Below, in pieces: positions 1-8,316 of a stretch of 32,681 nucleotides of DNA (positions are counted from its first letter, which is position 1; every line of letters starts with the position of its first letter). The stretch spans positions 3,336-36,016 of the forward strand of contig MFVV01000033.1 in assembly GCA_001786225.1 (NCBI GenBank), read 5' to 3'. The translations under genes and the position numbers were made by a program. Source of the stretch: Candidatus Nomurabacteria bacterium RIFCSPLOWO2_12_FULL_46_14. GTDB taxonomy: Bacteria; Patescibacteriota; Minisyncoccia; Phycocordibacterales; UBA9973. The notes beneath the pieces are model-generated. The model was not told the DNA's origin. It worked only from the letters and a program-made list of their open reading frames with translations, and did not search any database.

Positions 1-270
1 GTAGCCTGGCTCAAGCGGCACTATTTCGCCATTTGCATCAAAAAGTTTGACCGGGAAGGAAGCCTCAAAATACCAATTACCCCGCGCCTCGCCTTTGATA
101 AAAAGAGGGTTGGTCACCAGGTCATTGGCTCTGGGAGAAGCGACCTTGATTAAATCTTTATAAACTGTTTCTTCGGCAAGAGGCGCCGTTTTGTTATTGT
201 AAAGCAAATAATAAAGACCCGCGCCCATAATTGTCAAAATTATTATTAAAATCAATAATTTTTTACTCAT
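1..270 (-). CDS. Gmad2-like Ig-fold envelope protein (partial; the 3' end runs off the window)
   Basis: ATG at 270..268, then an open frame to the window edge. The protein starts MSKKLLILIIILTIMGAGLYYLL (N-terminal TM anchor). It continues NPLFIKGEARGNWYFEASFPVKLFDANGE, which matches the GxARGxWxFEASFPV signature typical of Gmad2 Ig-like domains. TGCTATAAT (277..285, minus) lies 6 nt upstream of the ATG. Confidence 0.7.
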   Translation of the reverse strand, partial: MSKKLLILIIILTIMGAGLYYLLYNNKTAPLAEETVYKDLIKVASPRANDLVTNPLFIKGEARGNWYFEASFPVKLFDANGEIVPLEPGY

Positions 271-289
271 TTTTAGATTATAGCACAGA

Positions 290-427
290 TTACTTTTCTA
301 TCAGACTGGCCTGGAATGCCGTTTCAAAAACGCCGTCGTAAGCCCGAATGACGATATTGTAGGCCAGGGCAGAACTGATAATCGTAAAAGCAAGAAAATA
401 AAGCAAGGTCCGGTTCAATTGATACAT
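290..427 (-). CDS. possible 45-aa small membrane protein (not in the ORF track)
   Basis: ATG 427..425 to TAA 292..290. Translation: MYQLNRTLLYFLAFTIISSALAYNIVIRAYDGVFETAFQASLIEK, with one hydrophobic helix. No family recognised, and its 3' end overlaps the -10 box of the next gene. Confidence 0.25.
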   Translation of the reverse strand: MYQLNRTLLYFLAFTIISSALAYNIVIRAYDGVFETAFQASLIEK

Positions 428-458
428 TTTTATATTCTAGCATTTTTATTCCGTTTTT

Positions 459-467
459 TGCTATAAT
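459..467 (+). promoter_or_regulatory. extended -10 box TGCTATAAT, 7 nt upstream of the ATG at 475 (leaderless-type promoter)
   Basis: The sequence reads ttttTGCTATAATtatcagtATG. There is no Shine-Dalgarno between the box and the start codon. Confidence 0.5.
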
Positions 468-474
468 TATCAGT

Positions 475-1026
475 ATGCAGAATTTTAAGTTTATTTTGTC
501 CTCCATTATTGTCCTCATTCTTCTCTCCCTAGTCGGCTATTGGGCGGTGGCCACCCTGGAACCCGGCAGTGTGCACGCGGAGAGGGAAAAAAGAAAGGAA
601 CTGGAAAAGATTAATAAGGAATTAGAAAAAGAAATAAAGGACCTGAAAGAGCGTTTGGCTCTGCTCCAGCCTGAAGTAGAAGAGGAACCCGTCGCCGCGG
701 TGGGCACTCGGGATGCCATAACTACGGTGGAACCGGAGGAAAATCAAAACGAAACCTCCAAATACCAGAGCCTGATAGACCAATTGCAAAAAATGGCGGA
801 AGATAAAGTTTCCCTGAAAGAAAAATCCAAGGGGACGAGGGTGGGCGCGGTGCAGACCTTCCTGAATATTTACAACAATACTTCCAAAAGGGTGGATAAC
901 GACTACGGCGCCAGCACCAAGGCGGCCGTGGCCGATTTCCAGAAAAAAGAAGGATTGACCGCGGATGGACAAGTTGGCCCTTCTACCCTACTCAAGATGA
1001 TAGCGTGGCTGGAAAACAATTCGTAA
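475..1026 (+). CDS. membrane-anchored coiled-coil protein with a C-terminal peptidoglycan-binding (PG_binding_1-like) domain
   Basis: N-terminal TM helix FILSSIIVLILLSLVGYWAV. KE-rich coiled coil EREKRKELEKINKELEKEIKDLKERL. The C-terminus GTRVGAVQTFLN...DNDYGASTKAAVADFQKKEGLTADGQVGPSTL matches the PG-binding repeat pattern. Confidence 0.75.
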   Translation: MQNFKFILSSIIVLILLSLVGYWAVATLEPGSVHAEREKRKELEKINKELEKEIKDLKERLALLQPEVEEEPVAAVGTRDAITTVEPEENQNETSKYQSLIDQLQKMAEDKVSLKEKSKGTRVGAVQTFLNIYNNTSKRVDNDYGASTKAAVADFQKKEGLTADGQVGPSTLLKMIAWLENNS

Positions 1027-1033
1027 TTAGTAA

Positions 1034-1237
1034 TTACGGGCAAAGAGTAAATTCGCAGTTGGGACCAGTGCGGCCCACATAACTGCCATCCGGGCAGAGC
1101 TTGGCCTCCATGGTGCAAAAAACCCGTTCCTTCTCCGGCGAAGAAAAAATGGGCAAGGGCGCCATCCTTAGGGCGTAAACCATCGCCGCGGCCACTATAA
1201 GCAAAATCACTATGGAAATTATTAATGACTTGTTCAT
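1034..1237 (-). CDS. small membrane-anchored cysteine-motif protein (hypothetical)
   Basis: ATG start and one TM helix (IISIVILLIVAAAMVYAL). It then has four Cys in CTMEAKLCPDGSYVGRTGPNCEFTLCP. TGATATAAT lies 7 nt upstream of the ATG. Confidence 0.6.
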   Translation of the reverse strand: MNKSLIISIVILLIVAAAMVYALRMAPLPIFSSPEKERVFCTMEAKLCPDGSYVGRTGPNCEFTLCP

Positions 1238-1293
1238 AACTTATATTATATCATAATTGATTTTTAGCCTTATTTCCTATATATTTGATAAAT

Positions 1294-1366
1294 CCGCCCG
1301 TAGCTCAGTCGGTAGAGCAGCTCCCTTTTAAGGAGACGGTCGAAGGTTCGATTCCTTCCGGGCGGA
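1294..1366 (+). tRNA. tRNA-Lys (anticodon UUU)
   Basis: Hand-folded cloverleaf. Acceptor CCGCCCG/CGGGCGG, D arm GCUC..GAGC, anticodon stem GCUCC/GGAGA (one G.A at 27:43). Anticodon loop CUUUUAA with UUU at 1327..1329. T arm GAAGG-UUCGAUU-CCUUC, discriminator A. CCA is not encoded. Confidence 0.9.
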
Positions 1367-1431
1367 CACGAGAAAGAAATTTTCTAGCGACGGCGAGAAA
1401 ATATTCGTGGCGACAAAGTCAGGCAATAACG

Positions 1432-1800
1432 CTAAACCGCCTGAAGGAGGAATTGCTCCAAAGCCTCTTCATTGTCTCGGCCCCATTCTCGACTCTCCGG
1501 CAGGATGTAGGAAATCCGGGTGGCAAAGTTTTTTAATTCCTTTTCGGAGAATTTGCTGAAGTTGCGCTTGAGAATCATATCCTTGGCTTTCCAAAAAAGC
1601 ACGCCAGCAAGTTCTTCCAAGGCCACTCCCCGCCGGAGCGCCTGCCGATAGAGAATCCATAGATTAAGCCTGTCTCGGCCAGAGAAAGCGTTGGCCAGGA
1701 GAAAACTGTTAAACTTTTTTTCTTTCAGAGGAGTAAAAACTTCTTCTTCGGGAATCTCCGCGGGAACTTGATATTTTTTTTCTTCAAAAAGGTAGGCCAT
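1432..1800 (-). CDS. 122-aa protein resembling only the C-terminal domain of DNA polymerase III delta (HolA-like)
   Basis: An internal ATG at 1800 abuts the stop (1802) of the upstream gene. FLLANAFSGRDRLNLWILYRQALRRGVALEELAGVLFWKAKDMIL resembles the helical domain III of HolA. The longer 173-aa ORF-track version overlaps the ICMT gene. Confidence 0.5.
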   Translation of the reverse strand: MAYLFEEKKYQVPAEIPEEEVFTPLKEKKFNSFLLANAFSGRDRLNLWILYRQALRRGVALEELAGVLFWKAKDMILKRNFSKFSEKELKNFATRISYILPESREWGRDNEEALEQFLLQAV

Positions 1801-1801
1801 T

Positions 1802-2287
1802 TTAAAATTTAACCGATTTCTTGTACTCCAGATAGGCGGAGCCGTATTTCTTTTCCAAAATTTTCTCTTCCTCGGTGATAAAAAGCGCGCGAGTAACCAC
1901 GAAGGCCAGTAGAATGAAAAGCATAACAAAAAGAGCGTTGGCCGAGAGCCCAAAGCCGAAGAGAAGGAAGAAAAGGCCCCAGTGGGTAGGGCTCCGGGTA
2001 AAGCGATACGGCCCGCGGCGGAAAGAATCTGGGCTGAAATTATCTTTGGCCGCGTCTAAATGGCGGGAGCTCCGCTGGGCCCAGAGAACAAGTAGGGTGG
2101 CAAAAACGATAACGACAAGGCCCAGAGCTCTCCCGGCCTGGCCCGGAATCGGCTTAATCGGGAAAATTAAATCCAGATACACGCCTAGTAGAAAAAAAAG
2201 GAAATAAAAAAGATAGGATTCAGCCAGAATCTTATGAATTCTTCCGGATTCCGCACGTATATTTTTTTCTAACCAAAATTTAATCAT
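1802..2287 (-). CDS. isoprenylcysteine carboxyl methyltransferase (ICMT)/phospholipid methyltransferase family membrane protein
   Basis: Four to five TM helices. The C-terminal RGPYRFTRSPTHWGLFFLLFG...EEEKILEKKYGSAYLEYKKSV is the typical ICMT/PEMT-family signature. TGATATAAT lies 8 nt upstream of the ATG. Confidence 0.75.
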   Translation of the reverse strand: MIKFWLEKNIRAESGRIHKILAESYLFYFLFFLLGVYLDLIFPIKPIPGQAGRALGLVVIVFATLLVLWAQRSSRHLDAAKDNFSPDSFRRGPYRFTRSPTHWGLFFLLFGFGLSANALFVMLFILLAFVVTRALFITEEEKILEKKYGSAYLEYKKSVKF

Positions 2288-2313
2288 AATTTTAGATTAT
2301 ATCACAAAATCTC

Positions 2314-4725
2314 TCATTTGACCTCGTCTAAATTATCCCCCGCACCGACACGAACCTGTAGAGGCACCTCGGCCTTCAAATTAAGATAGGACCTCGGCAG
2401 AACAGCCTCCATGGCTCTTTTTATTATATCCCTGGCTTCCGACAAAACCTCCTCGTCTATTTCATACACTAGTTCGTCGTGTATCTGGAGCACCAGGCGC
2501 GCCCGGGAGTCCAGGCCGTTTTTTGCCAAATCCTCCTCTACGAAGCGGATAGCCAGCTTGATAATGTCGGCGGCGGTGCCTTGGAGCGGGGCGTTGGTGG
2601 CGGTGCGCAAAGCCATGTTTTGGAGATAGGAAATTTTAGAATTTATATTTGGGAAACGGCGCTTGCGGCCAAAGAGAGTTTCGGTGTAGCCATTCTTCAG
2701 GGCAAAAACTTTCACCACCTCCAAATAATCGCGAATGCCGGCGAATTGGCGGAAATAATTATCGTAGAATTTTTGCGCCTCGGCTCGGGTACTTGCCCCG
2801 CCGAGGGCGGGGCCGCCCAAATTTTTCTGCAAAGCGGAAACACCCATGCCGTAGATAATGCCGAAGTTAATCACTTTGGCCCGCCGGCGCATCTCCGCGT
2901 CCACTGCCTCCGGGGGCACGCCGAAAACAAACGAGGCCACTCCCGTGTGAGCGTCCCGGCCCTCGCGGAAAATTCGAGTCATCTTTTTGTCGCCGGAGAG
3001 TATGGCCGCTACCCGCAGTTCAATCTGGCTGTAATCAAAAGCGAGGAGCTTGGCTCCGGAGGGAGCGATGAAGCCGGTGCGGATTCTCCGGCCCAGAGCG
3101 GATTTGATGGGCAGATTCTGCAAGTTGGGGTCTTCGGAAGAAAACCGGCCGGTGGTGGTGCCGTTCTGGAGGAACCGAGCGTGGAGGCGGCCGTCAGGGC
3201 CCGCCCGGAGAGGAATAACATCCACATAGGTGGATAGAAGCTTCTGCAATTCTCGGTAAGCTATTATTTCTTTTATTATCGGATTGTCTTCTTCCAACTC
3301 CTCCAGCACTGAAATTTTGGTTGAAAACTTCCCGCTGGGGCTTTTTTTTCTTCGCCCCTTGATTTGAAGTTTGTCAAACAGCACTTCAGCCAACTGCGAC
3401 GGCGAGTTTATGTTGAAGTCCGTGCCAGCCAACCGGTGTATTTTTGCTGTAAGCTTATCCAATTCTCTATGGTATTCCGAAGACAATTTCGCAAAGTATT
3501 CCGGATTGATTAAAATTCCGTAATTTTCCATGGCCTCCACCGCCGGAATAATCGGCTTTTCTATTTCCGTAAAAACTTTTTCCAATTTATCTTCTTTTAA
3601 TTGGCGAAGAATTATTTCGTTCGCTTTCTCTAGAGACTGGGTCTTAGCATAGGCCAAGATGTCCGGCAGGGTCGGATTAGCCACATCGGAATTAAGGAGC
3701 CAGAGAGCGATAGAGGTTTCTTTAAGCAGGGCCTGGTCCGGAGAGCTTTCGGGCTGTTCCGCCACACTCGGGCCGTCGCCAAAAAAATTAGGCAGGCGGG
3801 CAAGCAGGCTCCGGAAACCGAAGCGAGAAAATATTTCTTTGATTTTCTCTCGGTCGGCGGATTGCCAGAAGGTTTGAGCCGGCAGGGCAAAATCAACGGG
3901 TGCGTCGGTTCTTATCTTAGCCAAGGTTTTTGAAAAAAGCGCTTCCTCCTCATTGTCCTTTAATAAATTAATTATACGTTCGGAGAGTCCAATTTCTTTA
4001 AACTTTTCACTTTCAATTTTCAATTTTTTGTATATTTCTTCTACGGTCCCGAATTTCGCGATTAAATTAGTAGCCGTCTTTTCTCCTATCCCCTTAATAC
4101 CAATAATGTTGTCCGAGGGGTCTCCGCGCAAGCCCTTGTAGTCCGGTAGGAGCTGGGGCGGAAAACCGAAGCGCTCTGTCATTCTTTCTTCATCATAAAG
4201 AATCGTATCGTTGATTCCCTTTTTAAGAGTGTAAACCTGCACTCTTTTATCATCCACCAACTGCATAGTGTCCATATCCCCGGAAGCAATGATAATTTTA
4301 AGTCCAAAGGTCGAACCTTGAGAATTTTTAAAGGTTCGACCTTGGGAATGCTGAACAATAGTTCCGATAACATCATCCGCCTCAAAACCCGGAGAATCGT
4401 ACCTGGGGATGTTGAAGGCTTCAAAAATCAGATGGGAGTCTTTAAGCTGGGTAATCAGCGCCTCGTCCGCTTTGGCCCGCAGGGCCTTGTAGCCGTCGTA
4501 AACCTCGTGGCGGAAAGTCTTACCGGGGAGGTCGTAGCAGGCCGCGATGTAGTCCGGCTTTAGCTCGTTAATAATTTTCATCAGCATTGCCGAGAGGCCG
4601 TAAAGAGCGCCAGTAGGCTTGCCGTCCGAAGACATAAATTCCGGCAGGGCGTGATAAGCCCGGTGGATTATGGCGTGAGCGTCAAGCAAAACCAGGGTTT
4701 TAAGAGAGGGAGATTTAGCCGACAT
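2314..4725 (-). CDS. polA: DNA polymerase I (5' nuclease plus family A polymerase; short vestigial 3'-5' exo region, Taq-like length)
   Basis: 803 aa. 5' nuclease motifs: LLDAHAIIHRAYHA, GFEADDVIGT, GDMD, GIKGIGEKTA. Polymerase motifs: DYSQIELRV (motif A), RRRAKVINFGIIYG (motif B), QIHDELV (motif C). Confidence 0.95.
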   Translation of the reverse strand: MSAKSPSLKTLVLLDAHAIIHRAYHALPEFMSSDGKPTGALYGLSAMLMKIINELKPDYIAACYDLPGKTFRHEVYDGYKALRAKADEALITQLKDSHLIFEAFNIPRYDSPGFEADDVIGTIVQHSQGRTFKNSQGSTFGLKIIIASGDMDTMQLVDDKRVQVYTLKKGINDTILYDEERMTERFGFPPQLLPDYKGLRGDPSDNIIGIKGIGEKTATNLIAKFGTVEEIYKKLKIESEKFKEIGLSERIINLLKDNEEEALFSKTLAKIRTDAPVDFALPAQTFWQSADREKIKEIFSRFGFRSLLARLPNFFGDGPSVAEQPESSPDQALLKETSIALWLLNSDVANPTLPDILAYAKTQSLEKANEIILRQLKEDKLEKVFTEIEKPIIPAVEAMENYGILINPEYFAKLSSEYHRELDKLTAKIHRLAGTDFNINSPSQLAEVLFDKLQIKGRRKKSPSGKFSTKISVLEELEEDNPIIKEIIAYRELQKLLSTYVDVIPLRAGPDGRLHARFLQNGTTTGRFSSEDPNLQNLPIKSALGRRIRTGFIAPSGAKLLAFDYSQIELRVAAILSGDKKMTRIFREGRDAHTGVASFVFGVPPEAVDAEMRRRAKVINFGIIYGMGVSALQKNLGGPALGGASTRAEAQKFYDNYFRQFAGIRDYLEVVKVFALKNGYTETLFGRKRRFPNINSKISYLQNMALRTATNAPLQGTAADIIKLAIRFVEEDLAKNGLDSRARLVLQIHDELVYEIDEEVLSEARDIIKRAMEAVLPRSYLNLKAEVPLQVRVGAGDNLDEVK

Positions 4726-4731
4726 TAGGTA

Positions 4732-4740
4732 ATTATATCA
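4732..4740 (-). promoter_or_regulatory. extended -10 box TGATATAAT, 6 nt upstream of the polA ATG
   Basis: The minus strand reads agTGATATAATtacctaATG. Confidence 0.5.
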
Positions 4741-4754
4741 CTCCGGGGTGTATT

Positions 4755-5219
4755 TTAGACGTATTTTATTTTAAAGCCCCTGCGCCCTTTTTCAATATGC
4801 GAAATTTCTATCTGGTGGTGAGACTTCGGCATAACCTTGGCGACCCTCTCCGGCCATTCCAGTAAAACAAGGTTCTTGGGATTTTTGATTATCTCTCGCC
4901 AACCCAGATAAAGAAGTTCTTGGCCGCTCTTTAGGCGATAGGCATCTAGATGAAAAAGGTTTTCTATCGGCTCTCCTTGGAGAGGGTAGCGCCGGATAAT
5001 AACAAAGGTGGGGCTTGGCATTTTTCTTTTTATCCGGAGCAGTTTACCGACAGCTTGAACGAAGGCGGTTTTGCCGGCCGAGAGCTCTCCAGACAAACCC
5101 ACAACTATTGCCCGCTTCCTTATTCGGGAAAACAAAACGCGCCTCAAAAAACCACGGGCTATTTCTTCCGTTTCCTTTTTACTCCTGGATATTTTTGACA
5201 CAGAAGCCATGTCTGACAT
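4755..5219 (-). CDS. tsaE: tRNA threonylcarbamoyladenosine (t6A) biosynthesis ATPase TsaE
   Basis: 154 aa. P-loop GLSGELSAGKTAFVQAVGK, then HLDAYRL and the LLEWPE motif typical of TsaE/YjeE. Confidence 0.85.
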   Translation of the reverse strand: MSDMASVSKISRSKKETEEIARGFLRRVLFSRIRKRAIVVGLSGELSAGKTAFVQAVGKLLRIKRKMPSPTFVIIRRYPLQGEPIENLFHLDAYRLKSGQELLYLGWREIIKNPKNLVLLEWPERVAKVMPKSHHQIEISHIEKGRRGFKIKYV

Positions 5220-5234
5220 ATTACCACAACATTA

Positions 5235-5243
5235 TGATATACT
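5235..5243 (+). promoter_or_regulatory. extended -10 box TGATATACT, 7 nt upstream of the ATG at 5251
   Basis: The sequence reads atTGATATACTgatggcaATGgct. This argues for 5251 as the pilB start rather than 5071, 5209 or 5245. Confidence 0.4.
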
Positions 5244-5250
5244 GATGGCA

Positions 5251-6948
5251 ATGGCTGATTTTGATGAAGAAAAACAGAATAAACAGCTGGAGGATTTGCG
5301 CCGGGAGGAGGAAGAGCAACTGATAGCGACTCTGGCCGAATCTAAATACGGCCTGCCCTACATCAACCTGACCCGTTTGGGAGTGGACAACGAGGCGCTC
5401 CGCGCCATTCCGGAAGCGGAAGCGCGAGAACTCAAGGTGGCCCCATTCAAGCTCTCCGGCAAAAATATTTTCATTGCCATCCGTTCGCCGGAAGAAAATC
5501 TTTTTGCCAAACTCAAGGAAGATATGGAGCGAAAAAATCTTGTCCCCTCTTTTTATATGGTTTCCCTGGCCTCTCTCAACAAAGTCTGGGAGAGATACCA
5601 GGAGCTTTCTCTGGCGGAGAGTTCTAAAGAAGGAGGCGTGGACATTTCTGGCGAGGTGCTCCGGCAGACCGCGGAAAGCATTCACCAAATAGAGGACATC
5701 GGCAAGCTTATCACCGAGACGGCGGAGGGTAGCAAAATTCACAAAGTCTCCCGGATGCTGGAGGTAATCCTCGCGGGCGCCATCGCCATTAAAGCCTCGG
5801 ACATTCATATTGAGCCGGAAAAAGACCGCGGCCGTATACGTCTGCGTCTGGACGGAGTCCTCCAGGATGTAGCCTTTTTTGACCTGGACTTGTACCGATT
5901 GCTCAACTCCCGCATCAAGCTCCTCTCCGGACTCAAGCTTACTTCCAAAATAACCCAAGACGGCAGATTCTCCATTATGGAAGCGGGCACGGAGCTCTCC
6001 ATCCGCACTTCTCTCATTCCCGGCACTTATGGCGAAGCTATTGTCCTCCGTATCTTAGACCCCAAGTCCATCCAGGTACCCCTGGAAGAACTTGGCATTG
6101 AGCAGTATCTCTTCTCCATTGTAGAGCAAGAAATAAGGAAGCCCAATGGCCTCATCCTGGTAACTGGGCCAACCGGCAGCGGCAAAACCACCACCCTTTA
6201 CGCCTTCCTGCGTAAAATATATTCTACGGAGATAAATATAATCACCATCGAGGACCCGGTAGAGTATCATCTGGAAGGCATAACCCAGACCCAGATCAGC
6301 CAGAAAAGAAATTACAATTTCCCCGAGGGCCTACGTTCCGCTCTGCGCCAGGACCCAGACGTAATCATGGTCGGCGAAATCCGCGACACGGATACCGCAA
6401 AAATCGCGGTGCAGTCGGCGCTCACCGGCCATATGGTCTTCTCTACTCTCCACACCAATAATGCCGCCGGGGTTATTCCTCGCCTGATTGACCTGGGAGT
6501 TAATCCCAAAATCATGGTGTCCGCTCTATCGCTTTCCATGGCCCAGCGCCTGGTGCGCAAGCTCTGCTCGGAGTGCAAGACGGAAAAGGTGCCTACCGAA
6601 GATGAGACGGCAACATTGAAACTCGTTATGCAAAGCATCGAAGAAGAGGGTAAGGACTTTTCAAAATACAAAATAGACAAGAATGCGCCGGTCAAACTTT
6701 ATGAAGCGCCTGGCTGTGAGAAATGCAACATGACCGGCTACAGGGGCAGAATCGGCATATTTGAAGCCATCCAGACCGACGCGGAAATAGAAAAAATAAT
6801 TCCGACTAATCCCAGCGAGCGGGAAATAAAAAAAGTGGCCAAACAACAGGGCATCCTCTCCATGCGTCAAGACGGCTTGATAAAAATACTCTCCGGCATC
6901 ACTTCCTTAGCCGAAGTAGCGAGTGTGGTGGATATGCGGGAGGAGTAA
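5251..6948 (+). CDS. pilB: type II secretion / type IV pilus assembly ATPase (GspE/PilB family)
   Basis: Walker A GPTGSGKTTT. Asp box IITIEDPVEY. Walker B DPDVIMVGEIRD. His box GHMVFSTLHTN. Tetracysteine CSEC...CEKC. The start is ambiguous (5209, 5245 or 5251); 5251 was chosen from the promoter spacing. Confidence 0.9.
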   Translation: MADFDEEKQNKQLEDLRREEEEQLIATLAESKYGLPYINLTRLGVDNEALRAIPEAEARELKVAPFKLSGKNIFIAIRSPEENLFAKLKEDMERKNLVPSFYMVSLASLNKVWERYQELSLAESSKEGGVDISGEVLRQTAESIHQIEDIGKLITETAEGSKIHKVSRMLEVILAGAIAIKASDIHIEPEKDRGRIRLRLDGVLQDVAFFDLDLYRLLNSRIKLLSGLKLTSKITQDGRFSIMEAGTELSIRTSLIPGTYGEAIVLRILDPKSIQVPLEELGIEQYLFSIVEQEIRKPNGLILVTGPTGSGKTTTLYAFLRKIYSTEINIITIEDPVEYHLEGITQTQISQKRNYNFPEGLRSALRQDPDVIMVGEIRDTDTAKIAVQSALTGHMVFSTLHTNNAAGVIPRLIDLGVNPKIMVSALSLSMAQRLVRKLCSECKTEKVPTEDETATLKLVMQSIEEEGKDFSKYKIDKNAPVKLYEAPGCEKCNMTGYRGRIGIFEAIQTDAEIEKIIPTNPSEREIKKVAKQQGILSMRQDGLIKILSGITSLAEVASVVDMREE

Positions 6949-6953
6949 GATGT

Positions 6954-7514
6954 ATGAAAACTAATTTAGAACCTGGCGGCGGACAGATTACCGGAGAAAG
7001 CGAATTAGAAACGGGCGGAATGAGGCTGGAAAAAGAAATCCCTATCGCGGAAGATATTGCCAGATTCAGAGCAGAGTTGGAAGAAAAAATTTTTGGAGAG
7101 GGTCTGCCGGCTGAAGAATGGGCAGTCGCTTACGAAGAAATATTTCAGAAATACAAATTGAAAGATGAAATTCTGGCTAGATTAACCTTGTTGATTTTTT
7201 ATGGACTTAGTAAGGAAGAATTGGCAGACCAGCAAATTAATAATATTTTAGATGATTTAGAAGATATAGAAAAAGCCCTAATTAACCCGGAGGATTTTTA
7301 TTATCGACAATTTCTCGGGGAAAATTCGTCCGGTTCTCAAGAAGCCGAATATCGAAGGAAAATTAAAATCAGTCTAATGGCCGCTTCGGACATTTTCTTT
7401 CTTTATCAAAGAACAGGAGACATGGAGCCTGCCCGAATGACCATCAACGTTTTGGAGAAATTCCCCCTCCAGAGCTGGCCAGCGATAGTCAGACTGATAA
7501 AGTCAAAGCATTAA
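6954..7514 (+). CDS. acidic cytoplasmic hypothetical protein, translationally linked to pilB
   Basis: 186 aa with an ATG 5 nt after the pilB stop. It is preceded by GGGAGGAG, one of the few clear Shine-Dalgarno sites in the window. No TM segment and no recognisable motif. Confidence 0.6.
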   Translation: MKTNLEPGGGQITGESELETGGMRLEKEIPIAEDIARFRAELEEKIFGEGLPAEEWAVAYEEIFQKYKLKDEILARLTLLIFYGLSKEELADQQINNILDDLEDIEKALINPEDFYYRQFLGENSSGSQEAEYRRKIKISLMAASDIFFLYQRTGDMEPARMTINVLEKFPLQSWPAIVRLIKSKH

Positions 7515-7616
7515 AAGCATGCGACTAGAAACAATACTGCAACTACACACTGTTCCTGCCATTTTTGAATGTCAAGTTTATTAACACCTCATGCTTGATT
7601 TTTTTACATGACAGAC

Positions 7617-7622
7617 TATACT
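7617..7622 (+). promoter_or_regulatory. promoter: -35 TTGATT (7595..7600), 16-nt spacer, -10 TATACT, 7 nt upstream of the ATG at 7630
   Basis: The sequence reads cTTGATTtttttacatgacagacTATACTtaaaggtATG. Confidence 0.5.
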
Positions 7623-7629
7623 TAAAGGT

Positions 7630-8316
7630 ATGAGTAACAAATATGCGAAATTTATCAAGGCTTTAAGAAACGAGCGGGGGTTTTCTCAGTCGTTTATGGC
7701 TGGAAAACTTGGGATTTCAAGACCATCGTATATAGGTGTGGAAAATGGGACTCGCGAAATAACTCTAGAGGAGGCAGAAAAATTGAAAGATTTGTTTGGG
7801 ATTTCTATTGAAGAATTTGCAAATGCAACTCTCCCCCAATACGAAAAATATAAGCAAATGATTCTCGCATATCTAAAGTCCTACATGACTTCTTCTGACG
7901 GCAAAATACCAAAGACAAAATTAGCGAAGCTTTTATACCTTGCTGATTTTTCGTGGTTTTACAAAAACTTAAACAGCATGAGTGGAATGCAATACTTGCG
8001 TCGCGCATACGGTCCCGTACCAGATCCATATTTTCGAGCGCTTGATGAACTTGAGGAAGAAGGGAAAATAAAAATTGACCCCAAGGGCGATGCTCTCCTG
8101 GTTTCACTTTCTGGTTCTTCACCAAATCAAAAACTTGATAAACTATCAGAAAAGGAGTTGGAATTAATAAAAAAAATTGGCGCAAAATGGAAAGAGAAAA
8201 ATACCCGAGACATTGTCGATTTTACTCACGAACAATTACCATACAAACTCTGCTCTCCAGATGAAGTAATACCGTACGAGTTGATAATCCAGCAAGATCC
8301 CGATTATGTCTACTAA
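7630..8316 (+). CDS. XRE-family HTH fused to a DUF4065 (Panacea/SocA-like) antitoxin domain
   Basis: The N-terminus LRNERGFSQSFMAGKLGISRPSYIGVENGTREITLEEAEKL is a classic HTH_3. The C-terminal part KTKLAKLLYLADFSWFY...MQYLRRAYGPVPDPYF matches the DUF4065 pattern (KLxKLLYxAD ... YGPV). Confidence 0.8.
   Translation: MSNKYAKFIKALRNERGFSQSFMAGKLGISRPSYIGVENGTREITLEEAEKLKDLFGISIEEFANATLPQYEKYKQMILAYLKSYMTSSDGKIPKTKLAKLLYLADFSWFYKNLNSMSGMQYLRRAYGPVPDPYFRALDELEEEGKIKIDPKGDALLVSLSGSSPNQKLDKLSEKELELIKKIGAKWKEKNTRDIVDFTHEQLPYKLCSPDEVIPYELIIQQDPDYVY

Noticed and set aside
324-518. 64-aa minus-strand ORF
   Set aside because: It spans the promoter and start of the 475 gene on the opposite strand, and its translation has no features. 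The other-frame 45-aa ORF (290..427) is the only plausible small gene here, and even that is weak.
1285-1536. 83-aa plus-strand ORF
   Set aside because: Its first 27 codons are the tRNA-Lys gene itself, and the remainder is antisense to the HolA-like gene.
1801-1953. N-terminal extension of the 173-aa ORF-track version of the HolA-like gene
   Set aside because: The extension overlaps the 3' end of the ICMT-family gene in another frame. An ATG at 1800 abuts that gene's stop exactly.
2479-3237. 252-aa plus-strand ORF (and neighbours 2411..2629, 2649..2858) inside polA
   Set aside because: It is entirely antisense to a polymerase gene with all family A motifs. The composition is Gly/Ala/Arg-rich, typical of antisense frames, and there is no promoter or start context.
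5071-5250. N-terminal extension of pilB (ORF-track start 5071; also ATGs at 5209 and 5245)
   Set aside because: The extension is antisense to tsaE and Arg/Lys/Ser-rich. The TGATATACT box at 5235..5243 would lie inside it. GspE/PilB homologues typically begin near the ...FDEEKQ... segment. 5245 cannot be fully excluded.
5221-5958. 245-aa minus-strand ORF antisense to pilB
   Set aside because: It is embedded in the N-terminal domain of a well-supported GspE/PilB gene and has no recognisable motif. It is an antisense-frame artefact.
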